From Candidatus Hermodarchaeota archaeon (GTDB lineage Archaea > Asgardarchaeota > Heimdallarchaeia > Hodarchaeales > Hodarchaeaceae): 32,000 bases of DNA. The notes beneath the pieces are model-generated. The model did no database searches. It saw nothing but the letters and a program-made list of their open reading frames with translations, and was not told the DNA's origin. Both the position numbers and the translations under genes were made by a program. The DNA is taken from the NCBI GenBank assembly GCA_048886185.1, contig JBHLKY010000007.1, positions 60,001 through 92,000 of the forward strand, read 5' to 3'. This document shows positions 1 to 8,322 of the stretch, one piece after another. Each line of letters begins with the position of its first letter. Within the stretch, counting starts at the first letter, position 1.

Positions 1-579
1 GCATTCGCAAGGGATCCTGAACTTGTGTGGGAATGGTACAAATGGCGTTTAAAGGTTGTTTTAAATGCAGCTCCCAATCCTGCGCATTTAATTCTAGCTG
101 AAGTTGAGAAAAAAGGTTTTGATATAGTTATTTTAACTCAGAATGTAGATGATCTTCATGAAAGAGCGGGTTCTGGTAATGTTATTCATTTTCATGGAGA
201 GATCCGTGAAGCAAGATGTGTCAGTTGTGGGAGAATGTTTACATGGACAATAGAACTCCTTTCTACTGTTGGTGATATCCCAAAATGTGAGACCTGTGGT
301 TCATTCTATCGTCCTAATGTTGTGTGGTTTGGAGAGGGATTGGACAGAAAAGTAATTCAAACAAGTATTGATCGATTGTCTTCAACAGATATATTAATAG
401 TAGCTGGGACATCAGGAGTGGTATATCCAGTAGCTGAGTTTCCATTCCTTGCTAAAAGCCAAAATCCCTTGGTAAAAATCTTTGAATTCAATCTCGATTA
501 TACTCCAATTTCCAGTATCGCATCCCAAATATTTCTAGGTCCAGTAGAAAAAACACTTCCTAATTACTTTTCAAGCTGA
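1..579 (+). CDS. cobB: NAD-dependent protein deacylase, Sir2/CobB family (5'-truncated by window edge)
   Basis: Frame is open from base 1 (AFARDPELVWEWY...), so the listed start at 25 is internal. Sirtuin motifs TQNVDDLHERAG, HFHG, Zn-binding CxxC...CxxC (CVSC/CETC), RPNVVWFGE and GTSGVVYP. Confidence 0.93.
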   Translation, partial: AFARDPELVWEWYKWRLKVVLNAAPNPAHLILAEVEKKGFDIVILTQNVDDLHERAGSGNVIHFHGEIREARCVSCGRMFTWTIELLSTVGDIPKCETCGSFYRPNVVWFGEGLDRKVIQTSIDRLSSTDILIVAGTSGVVYPVAEFPFLAKSQNPLVKIFEFNLDYTPISSIASQIFLGPVEKTLPNYFSS

Positions 580-618
580 CAACTCTGTATTTCAAATCAA
601 AAAAAAAGGTAGAATGAA

Positions 619-1254
619 ATGGAGACTCTAAAAATCACCTAACTTGGCCAAGCAGGTTTTCTTTTACAAGAAAATACATCTTCTTTACTAGTTGATCCTG
701 GTAACAAAAAATCTGGTGATATTCCTGGTGATTCTGTTTTTGTGACTCATAATCATTTTGATCATACAAGGGGAGTAGACCCTTTTTTGAAACGCAATCC
801 CGAAGCTGCGCTTATTTGTAATGAGCAAGTAGCTAAGAGTTTTAAGAAATGGAGTGATCAGATAGTTCTTGTAGAACCAGGTGAAGAGATTCAGCATAAA
901 ACTTGGAAACTGAAGTTTATAAAAGGACGTCACGGATTATTTTCTAGCGTTAAAAACACGGGAGTGATTGTTCGCACTTCAACTATAAGTTTTGGACATG
1001 CAGGGGATTCAGTTGATTTTAGCGGGGTTTCTCAAGAAAAATTGGATTATTTTGCAATCCCAATATGTGGAATCTTTGCTGCTTCTCCTAAGAAGGCTTT
1101 GAAGGAACTTGAACGATTTAAACAACCTTTACCTACCATAATTCCAATGCATTGGATTTGGAGAAATCCCCATGGTTTCTGTCATCAGTTTTCAACAGTT
1201 TTCCCTGAAGGTCAATGTGTTGTTCCAAAAAATGGTAATACTGTTCCTATATAG
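619..1254 (+). pseudogene. Metallo-beta-lactamase-fold hydrolase interrupted by an in-frame TAA at 640-642 (pseudogene, sequencing error or readthrough)
   Basis: ATG at 619 is in frame with ORF 742..1254 and reads METLKIT*LGQAGFLL...LLVDPG...VFVTHNHFDH. This matches the usual MBL N-terminus (KITxLGxxGF...lvDP) and the HxHxDH motif; later GRHG, HAGDS and IPMHW are also present. Confidence 0.75.
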
Positions 1255-2070
1255 TCACAGGTTTGTAGTCCAGAGTTTTTCTATAAATTCATTAAATTTT
1301 GTTAAATCTCCCTCTAGCGCAAGGGTAACTGCTTCAGCTTCCTTCTCAAAATAATATGCTATATTTGATAACAGAAATCTGTTTAATAGAGCTTTAATTG
1401 GTATGAGAACTGCTTGAGGTTTCTCGACTAGATTTTGGCAAAAGTCGAGCGTGACCTGTTCAAGATCATCGATGGCACAACGCTGTGAAACAAGTCCAAA
1501 TTGTTCAGCCTTATCGATTGAAATCCTCTCGGGTATCATAGTAATTTTTTTAGCTTGTCTTAAGCCAAAGTTAAACAAAGCTAGGGTTAATGCACCAGTT
1601 GCAGGAACGATCCCAAGATCTATTTCGTTGAGAGAGAAGAAAGTTTTTGGATTTTCTCCAGCTATCACAAAATCCGCAGCTAAGCATAAAATTGTCCCCC
1701 AAGCCACCGCTGGGCCTTGAACTTGAACAACAATTGGTTTTTTTGAACGCAACATTGTCAAAACGGTGTTATTTCCATATTGTAGTAATTTAGGAACTTC
1801 TTCAGGATTAAGTTGTGTTAACATGTTTAGATCCAATCCTCCTGTGAACGCTCGATCCCCAGAGGAATTTATTCGAATTACATTAACTTCAGGATCATCA
1901 TCAGCGGTTTTTACATATTTAATCAGGAGATTAAATTCCTTCATACGTAACGCGTTCATCTTTTTAGGGCGATTAATAGTTAATGTTGCAATATGTTCTT
2001 TTTTGCTGAACAAAACAGTATCATGAGATTTTTGATTATTAGTATTGTTTTTATCGTTCATATTAAACAC
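1255..2070 (-). CDS. Enoyl-CoA hydratase/isomerase (crotonase) family protein
   Basis: ATLTINRPKKMNAL, AFTGGLDL oxyanion motif, KKPIVVQVQGPA, NEIDLGIVP and AEQFGLV. The true start may be the ATG at 2061. Confidence 0.92.
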   Translation of the reverse strand: MFNMNDKNNTNNQKSHDTVLFSKKEHIATLTINRPKKMNALRMKEFNLLIKYVKTADDDPEVNVIRINSSGDRAFTGGLDLNMLTQLNPEEVPKLLQYGNNTVLTMLRSKKPIVVQVQGPAVAWGTILCLAADFVIAGENPKTFFSLNEIDLGIVPATGALTLALFNFGLRQAKKITMIPERISIDKAEQFGLVSQRCAIDDLEQVTLDFCQNLVEKPQAVLIPIKALLNRFLLSNIAYYFEKEAEAVTLALEGDLTKFNEFIEKLWTTNL

Positions 2071-2149
2071 CAGTAAAATCCAGATATAGCAACACCACTT
2101 AAGTAGTTATAAGAAATTATCTATTATTCAAAATAGAACTGTCAAAGAG

Positions 2150-3637
2150 ATGATAAAGATGGAAACTCCACAAGAATTTAATGAGAAAACTCATAAAAGA
2201 ACATCCCAGGATTATCGTGAAACTTTGATTCAAATGAAACCAAATATCTACATTAATGGGGAAAAAATTGGAAGGGATGATGAAAGGCTGGAAGGAGCTA
2301 TTAATATCATTTCACTTACCTTTGATAAAATTGATGATCCCGAATTTAAGGATTTGTTAAGTGCAGAGTCTCATATTGATGAAGTTGGGCGAATTAACAG
2401 GTTTACCCATATCCACCAAACAGTAGATGACCTCCTGAAAAAACAAGAGCTTACAAGGAGGATATGCCGTTATGCAGGAGGATGTATACTACGTTGTATG
2501 GGTATTGATGCGATGAATGGCTTATCAATTGTAACACATCGAGCTGAGATGATGACTGGACGACCATATAATCAAAGATGGCAAGATTATCTTAAATATT
2601 TCCAGAAAAACAACATAGTTGGATGTTGTGCCCAAACTGATGTAAAAGGTGATAGATCATTAAGACCTCACCAACAAGCTGATCCTGATCTCTATCTTCG
2701 TGTCGTTGAACATCGTGATGATGGAATTGTGGTACGTGGAGCTAAGAACCATATCACGGTTGCAGCTGTTGCTGAAGAGATTATTGTTACTCCTACTCGG
2801 TTTTTAACTCCAGAAGAGGATGAATATGCGGTAGCTTTTTCAATACCAGCAGATTGGGACAAAGTCTATTTAGTTACTCGGGCTGAAAACGTCAGGAAGC
2901 GTGATCACACCCCCTGCCCCTATGCTGAACATGGGGATGTTGAAAATTTCATCATTTTCGATGATACTTTTATCCCGAATGATAGAGTATTTTTAGGAGG
3001 ATATGAAGGAGAACATCAATTCGGTGGATGGTTAGCGTTATTGTTTGCACTCTATCACCGTCATAGCTATACTGGATGCAAAGCTGCCTCTACAGATATC
3101 AAAATGGGTTTTGCAGCTCTAGTATCCGAATATAATGGAGTCGAAGATAAAAAGCATGTTCAATCCAAACTAGCTGGTATGATAAGTAATGCTGAATTAG
3201 TCAATGCAGCAGGCATAGCAGCAGCCCATAAGGCTACAAAAGATGAATCTGGGACAATGATTCCTGACCCAGTATTTTGTAATGTCGGTCGAAAACATGC
3301 TGGTTTAAATTTTTATCATGAGGCTGAAGTTTTAGCTGATTTAGCAGGAGGGCTACCTGCTACCCTCCCTTATGAGAAGGACTTTTTTGACGAGAAAATT
3401 GGGCCTTTTCTCCAGAAATATATTAAAAGAAAGGCTGATGTTCCAGCAGAGAACGTATATAAGCTATTCAGAACAATTTCTGATGCTCTTTGCTCCTCAC
3501 TTGGAGGTGTGGTTGCTGTCGCTGGAGTCCACGGTGGGGGTAGTCCTGCAATGGAGGACATTGCAATCCTTAAGCAATATGATATTGATGAAAGGAAGAG
3601 AATTGCGAAGTACTTAGCTGGGATCTCAGACGATTAA
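2150..3637 (+). CDS. abfD: 4-hydroxybutyryl-CoA dehydratase / vinylacetyl-CoA isomerase-like FAD, [4Fe-4S] enzyme (AbfD/HpaB family)
   Basis: CILRCMGIDA and HRHSYTGCK supply the Cys, Cys, His, Cys cluster ligands of AbfD. Also QTDVKGDRS, GAKNHIT, FDDTFIPNDRVFL and HGGGSP. Confidence 0.82.
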   Translation: MIKMETPQEFNEKTHKRTSQDYRETLIQMKPNIYINGEKIGRDDERLEGAINIISLTFDKIDDPEFKDLLSAESHIDEVGRINRFTHIHQTVDDLLKKQELTRRICRYAGGCILRCMGIDAMNGLSIVTHRAEMMTGRPYNQRWQDYLKYFQKNNIVGCCAQTDVKGDRSLRPHQQADPDLYLRVVEHRDDGIVVRGAKNHITVAAVAEEIIVTPTRFLTPEEDEYAVAFSIPADWDKVYLVTRAENVRKRDHTPCPYAEHGDVENFIIFDDTFIPNDRVFLGGYEGEHQFGGWLALLFALYHRHSYTGCKAASTDIKMGFAALVSEYNGVEDKKHVQSKLAGMISNAELVNAAGIAAAHKATKDESGTMIPDPVFCNVGRKHAGLNFYHEAEVLADLAGGLPATLPYEKDFFDEKIGPFLQKYIKRKADVPAENVYKLFRTISDALCSSLGGVVAVAGVHGGGSPAMEDIAILKQYDIDERKRIAKYLAGISDD

Positions 3638-3659
3638 TCTGAATAATGAAAATAAACCG

Positions 3660-5312
3660 TTAGATTTTCTCTGATAACCTCTTGTCTATCTGAATAGTTA
3701 CTAAGGGGCCAAAAATCTCCTCAGCATCATTAATGGCATCCTTAAATGCATTCATATCCCCCTTCCACGATGGGATTATGTCCTTAAATTTCTCCTCAAA
3801 TGTCTTCAAGAATCTCTGAAGAAGACCGTGTAACTCTGGATCATTTTTGTTTGCAAAAATTGCAGCTGAAAGTCCCATTCTACCATCATCTGAGATGATG
3901 AAATGCGTTCCATGACGTACAAGACTGAGACTCGCTCCTTCCTCTCCAGTTGCCTCAAGCATGAATGAACCTACAGCTGAGAGAGCACCAGAAATTAATG
4001 GTAAATCTACTTGGAGTTCCTTTTCTTTCCTGAAATCATAATGAAAAATAGGCATTCCGGCGTCATTTATCACTAATAATAGGAAAAATTCAAGTGGGGG
4101 AAATGAATCCCCAATCCAAAATAACGGTGCACTAGCAAGGATAGCTATTCCTAGTAGGATAAAAACATTCATAATCAATGTAATGTCTAATATTTGCTCT
4201 GAGACAAACAAGTAACTTACTGGAAAGCCAATGTAAATCCCTAAACCAAGTGATTGAAAATTAAGGGACGAATATTTTCCAATAGAATCCCTAGGAGTCA
4301 AATCCACCCATAAACTGCCATCTAAAGCTGGATGGATAAGCGCGAATGACACTCCAATTATTAAAGCGGAAAGAAGATATGAAGTAGAAGTTTCAGGTAA
4401 CAAACCAACTATTAATGAAGCAAATACTATTCCATATAAAGCTAAAATGATTGACGTTTTCCTTCCCCAACGATCAGTAAGGAACCCCGAGGGAAGACTG
4501 AATAAACAGCTTCCAATAAGTACTGCAAGCCAGAAGGATTTGTACCAATTATGAAATATTGAACCAAACCCCAGAATTATTCCAGCTTGAGCTAAGGATC
4601 CTATAATTAACCCTAGCATCAGATAAATCAAAGTATGTGTCCAATAATACGCTTCAACAGATTGTCGTTTAAGAATTCGAATAAGTGAGGTTGGCCAAGG
4701 ATCGTTTGTCCAGAAGGGCCAATTTTGAGTATTATAATAGAAAATAATGCCAAAAATAATTCCAAAGAAGGCAATAAAAGAAAATATAAAGAAGAAATCT
4801 AAATCAAAGATATTAGTTACGAGAAGCAGAATAATACAGGTAAAGGTTCCTCCAAATATCGCCCAAGAGTACCCTCTCCCACGATGAGTCCATTTTATTG
4901 AAGCACCATATAAACTATGAGCTGTAATCGTTAGGATCCCCATGAAACTACCGAGACAGAAAACTGAAATCACCAATAAGAAACCATTAACTAATTGTAA
5001 CGCAAGCATATCCAAAGCAAGAAAAGATGAACTTCCGATCAATCCAAGTGTCGTGAATCTCCCCAGATGTTTTGGGTATCTATCTATGACCATGCCAGAG
5101 AAAGACCCAGTAATTCCAGCTGGAACCGCCCAGACAATCATAATAAAGAAATCATGGGCCCCAGGAAAGATGTTATTTACATTGATATAATCTATCATGT
5201 CAAAAGAGAATATCAAAACAAAGGCAATGAGTAATACCCATGTAAAAAGCGAGGGCACTAGAACAATTATATAATAAACGAATTTATCATTTTTCAGGCC
5301 ATTATTTGGCAA
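3660..5312 (-). CDS. MFS transporter fused to a C-terminal longin-like domain
   Basis: About 12 hydrophobic segments with MFS motif A in both halves (GMVIDRYPK; GFLTDRWGRK). A ~145-aa soluble tail follows: LLVINDAGMPIFHYDF...LISGALSAVGSFMLE...FEEKFKDIIPSWKGDMNAF. Confidence 0.8.
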   Translation of the reverse strand: MPNNGLKNDKFVYYIIVLVPSLFTWVLLIAFVLIFSFDMIDYINVNNIFPGAHDFFIMIVWAVPAGITGSFSGMVIDRYPKHLGRFTTLGLIGSSSFLALDMLALQLVNGFLLVISVFCLGSFMGILTITAHSLYGASIKWTHRGRGYSWAIFGGTFTCIILLLVTNIFDLDFFFIFSFIAFFGIIFGIIFYYNTQNWPFWTNDPWPTSLIRILKRQSVEAYYWTHTLIYLMLGLIIGSLAQAGIILGFGSIFHNWYKSFWLAVLIGSCLFSLPSGFLTDRWGRKTSIILALYGIVFASLIVGLLPETSTSYLLSALIIGVSFALIHPALDGSLWVDLTPRDSIGKYSSLNFQSLGLGIYIGFPVSYLFVSEQILDITLIMNVFILLGIAILASAPLFWIGDSFPPLEFFLLLVINDAGMPIFHYDFRKEKELQVDLPLISGALSAVGSFMLEATGEEGASLSLVRHGTHFIISDDGRMGLSAAIFANKNDPELHGLLQRFLKTFEEKFKDIIPSWKGDMNAFKDAINDAEEIFGPLVTIQIDKRLSEKI

Positions 5313-5412
5313 TTCCTTCCTTATCCTGATTAATTTATTTCAAGCCACTCTGTAAATACTACTATTTTACAGCTAATGTTCTTATGCAAGTACAAGTTGT
5401 GTTAAAAATGCA

Positions 5413-7224
5413 TTATCGCAATGAAAAAATTGGTTGATTAACCAAATACATTTTAGCCCCTTTAATGTTAAAATTTGATTCATATATTCGCTCTACAGCC
5501 TCATCGAATGGTGTATGGCGTCGTGCTGCCAACAATTGGCTAGTTCTCATCTGCAGAGATCTTCGTTGTAATGGTTCTACTTCTTTTTCACGTGATTGCC
5601 AATCAAGAATTTTATCCACATCTGTTATTGCAATAGCACCAACTACTCGTTCTTGATTCCCATTTACACTGATAATCATTTGTTGTCCATCTTCTGCCAT
5701 GAAAAACAGCTCTTCTATCAATACTTGATTATCACCAAAACAATTACTATACAGCGTCGATATTTCATGATCTAAACCGTTGAAAAATGAAACAACTTTA
5801 CTAGGTAAATCATTTATTGGTTTTGAGTAAAATTTAGTAGTTGTTTCTTCAAAGTCAGTCTCAAAAGTTCCAGCTATGAAATAATTCTTCTCTCGGACGG
5901 TATCAAAAAGCTCAAAAAGATTTATGTCACTAACCGCATCAACGGTGATACCTTGAGCTATAAAAGCGCTTTGAGTCATGAATGGATCTATTCTAACCTG
6001 TTTTTTATCTTCTTTCATCTTAATAGATACTCTAGGCTTTATATGCTTGGGAGTTGGTTTATCATCAATAATTACTTCGGGTTTTTTACCAAATATTACT
6101 CGCTTGATTTTAGCAAAGAAACCTTCTTTTACTGGAGGGATTTCTCCTTTTTTTACTTCTCCAACATCAACAGTCTCTTTTGGTTCTGTAACTGGTACTT
6201 TTATTGGCTTAATCACTGGTTCTTCTTTCACAGTAAATAATGATTTCCAACCATCTTGTTCTAATCCGCGAAGATGAAGAATAGTTAAAACTCGGGAAAG
6301 ATTAAGTTCATCTGCAGGAGTTTGAAGAATAAAGATCGGTTTAGAAGTTGTAAATGGATCTCGAACGATGAAAAAGTGTTCCATTGTATTTAATATACTC
6401 CCCCTTAGAAGTATTAATTGTTTTCCCTCAATATTTTGAGTTAAAAATTGCGAAAGAGAGGGTAATTCAGTCTTGAACTTCAAAATATTTGCTGGTATTG
6501 TGTTCCATAATGAAACTAAAGCTGTTTTTTGAGTATCAAAGAGTAATATGCTTTTACTCTCTTCTATGTTTGGTATAATAGGAGTTGGATTTGTTTCAAT
6601 GATTTGTTTTTGCTCATAATGGACTAAAAGATTCCAGATGTATTCAGTTAATATCTTATAAGCAGTATATTCAGGAACTTCTTTAAATTGTTGAATTTCA
6701 TTATCTGGATACATTCGTTTTAGTGCAGCGGATAAAATTCCAAGCTCCCATCCACATGGGCCTTTTCCAAGAATTTCTGAAGCAATAGCTAAATAAGGTG
6801 TAATATAGCTATCTTTTAGACGAATTAATGCTGCTTTACGTGATAGTCCTCGGCCAGCCATAAATAGGTCTTGGCGCCGAATGGTGGTAGCAATTTTATA
6901 TGCAAGGTAGAAAATTCGCATTAATGAATCTGATGATGAACATCGAGAACGACCTTGCATGAATGAACGTATGATTGAGCTATATCGTTCATTATCCGTT
7001 CCTCCAGAGGGAAGTTCTGAAACTGTAACGATAAAATCGGCAACAAAAAGGGCACGGACAGCATCATCAATCTCAGTTAATCCTTGATTAGAAGCAAAGG
7101 CGATTAATTCAGATTGACTTTTATAGCGATTTAATCTATTTAGAAGATCATATTCCTCTTCTATTTTGTGAAGTATGTTCTTGAGAACTTTTTCATTGGG
7201 TATATTCGGCATCATGACCCTCAC
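5413..7224 (-). CDS. Hypothetical multidomain protein (helical N-terminus, Pro/Lys-rich linker, possible longin/roadblock-like domains)
   Basis: 603-aa uninterrupted ORF, co-oriented with its neighbours and with protein-like composition. No family recognised with certainty. Confidence 0.8.
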   Translation of the reverse strand: MRVMMPNIPNEKVLKNILHKIEEEYDLLNRLNRYKSQSELIAFASNQGLTEIDDAVRALFVADFIVTVSELPSGGTDNERYSSIIRSFMQGRSRCSSSDSLMRIFYLAYKIATTIRRQDLFMAGRGLSRKAALIRLKDSYITPYLAIASEILGKGPCGWELGILSAALKRMYPDNEIQQFKEVPEYTAYKILTEYIWNLLVHYEQKQIIETNPTPIIPNIEESKSILLFDTQKTALVSLWNTIPANILKFKTELPSLSQFLTQNIEGKQLILLRGSILNTMEHFFIVRDPFTTSKPIFILQTPADELNLSRVLTILHLRGLEQDGWKSLFTVKEEPVIKPIKVPVTEPKETVDVGEVKKGEIPPVKEGFFAKIKRVIFGKKPEVIIDDKPTPKHIKPRVSIKMKEDKKQVRIDPFMTQSAFIAQGITVDAVSDINLFELFDTVREKNYFIAGTFETDFEETTTKFYSKPINDLPSKVVSFFNGLDHEISTLYSNCFGDNQVLIEELFFMAEDGQQMIISVNGNQERVVGAIAITDVDKILDWQSREKEVEPLQRRSLQMRTSQLLAARRHTPFDEAVERIYESNFNIKGAKMYLVNQPIFSLR

Positions 7225-7369
7225 GGCTGAAACCTGTAATTAGCTGTTGAGCAAAAAAAACTGATGTTATTGAAATAAATGAAATCTTTTGAAATTTATA
7301 AATGCTGTTGAAAATAACAATAGTGGTTTAATTTACGTCTTATTTTTACCATCTAATTTGGCTTCAATA

Positions 7370-8128
7370 TTAATTTCCATAGTCTGATTCATGAGGAAAA
7401 TTCAACAGCTTTTTGAGGTGATTGTACACTTCTATTGAGTCGGGATTACATTTATCAATTGATTTAAGAAAATTATAGACATCTCTAGTATCTATATTGA
7501 GGTTAGTTAATGTTTCTATGTTATTTTCCATCCAATTTTTAGCTCGATTATGAATTTTTTGATCATTTTCTACAATAGAATTAAAAACTCCTTGAATTGC
7601 TTTTACAGTCAAATCAGGATTAAAATGTTGAAATAATGAGATGAAATTAAGATACATTGAATTATCAGGAAGTTTTCCCATCCATAGAAAAAGTCGAGCT
7701 GTTCTTCCATAAAAATGAGTAATCTGACGTCCTTTTTTAATGCTAGTAACAATTTGGATGTGATCTTTTTCCTTTAACTTATTTAGATGGAAATATACAT
7801 TAGAAATCTTGATTTGAATAGAGATTCTCTCTTTGATTAATTGAAGCAGCTCTTTGGCAGAGAAAACGTGTCTGACCACGATGAGATCTCTCTCTTCATC
7901 GTATTCTTCTATTCCTTCTCTTAATATATCAAGGATGGCTGATCTCACTTCTTGCTGAATTAAAGTCTCTGGCATTGGTTCTGGTATTTCTTTTATCATA
8001 GCGATTTTTTTCCAATGCTCAATAATCGTTTTCCTGAGATCAGGATCAGAAAAATATTTAGGAAATTTTCTTAATCGTTCCTTCTTTGTTAAGGAATTTT
8101 TAGAATGGGAGGATTTCATTATAATCAA
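7370..8128 (-). CDS. Winged-helix (ArsR-like) transcriptional regulator
   Basis: RSAILDIL...FSAKELL...ISNVYFHLNKLKEKDHIQIV...KKGRQITHFYGRTA is an HTH followed by a beta-wing. The start may be the ATG at 8119. Confidence 0.8.
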   Translation of the reverse strand: MIIMKSSHSKNSLTKKERLRKFPKYFSDPDLRKTIIEHWKKIAMIKEIPEPMPETLIQQEVRSAILDILREGIEEYDEERDLIVVRHVFSAKELLQLIKERISIQIKISNVYFHLNKLKEKDHIQIVTSIKKGRQITHFYGRTARLFLWMGKLPDNSMYLNFISLFQHFNPDLTVKAIQGVFNSIVENDQKIHNRAKNWMENNIETLTNLNIDTRDVYNFLKSIDKCNPDSIEVYNHLKKLLNFPHESDYGN

Positions 8129-8278
8129 CCTAATTACGTTTTAGTATTTTGCTAAATTGTTAATGACTTGGAATAAGTGATTAAATTACTTGATGGCGCC
8201 TTATAGATGCTAACATTTTAGATTTTCTATTATCCAATATATAGGAAATGTTATTTTTTAATACTAATTGCCAGATCA

Positions 8279-8292
8279 CGAAAGTATTTAAA
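8279..8292 (+). promoter_or_regulatory. Candidate archaeal BRE + TATA box for the MFS gene
   Basis: CGAAAG followed by TATTTAAA, ending 30 bp upstream of the TTG at 8323. Confidence 0.5.
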
Positions 8293-8322
8293 CTAACGGT
8301 TTAGTATTATGCTGAATCGTAC

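Noticed and set aside
640-642. Alternative genetic code with TAA as a sense codon
   Set aside because: TAA ends several clearly complete genes in the window, and only one internal case was seen.
2150-3637. 4-hydroxyphenylacetate 3-monooxygenase, or evidence of 3HP/4HB carbon fixation
   Set aside because: The Fe-S ligand motifs favour the AbfD branch, and no other cycle genes are present, so autotrophy is not supported.
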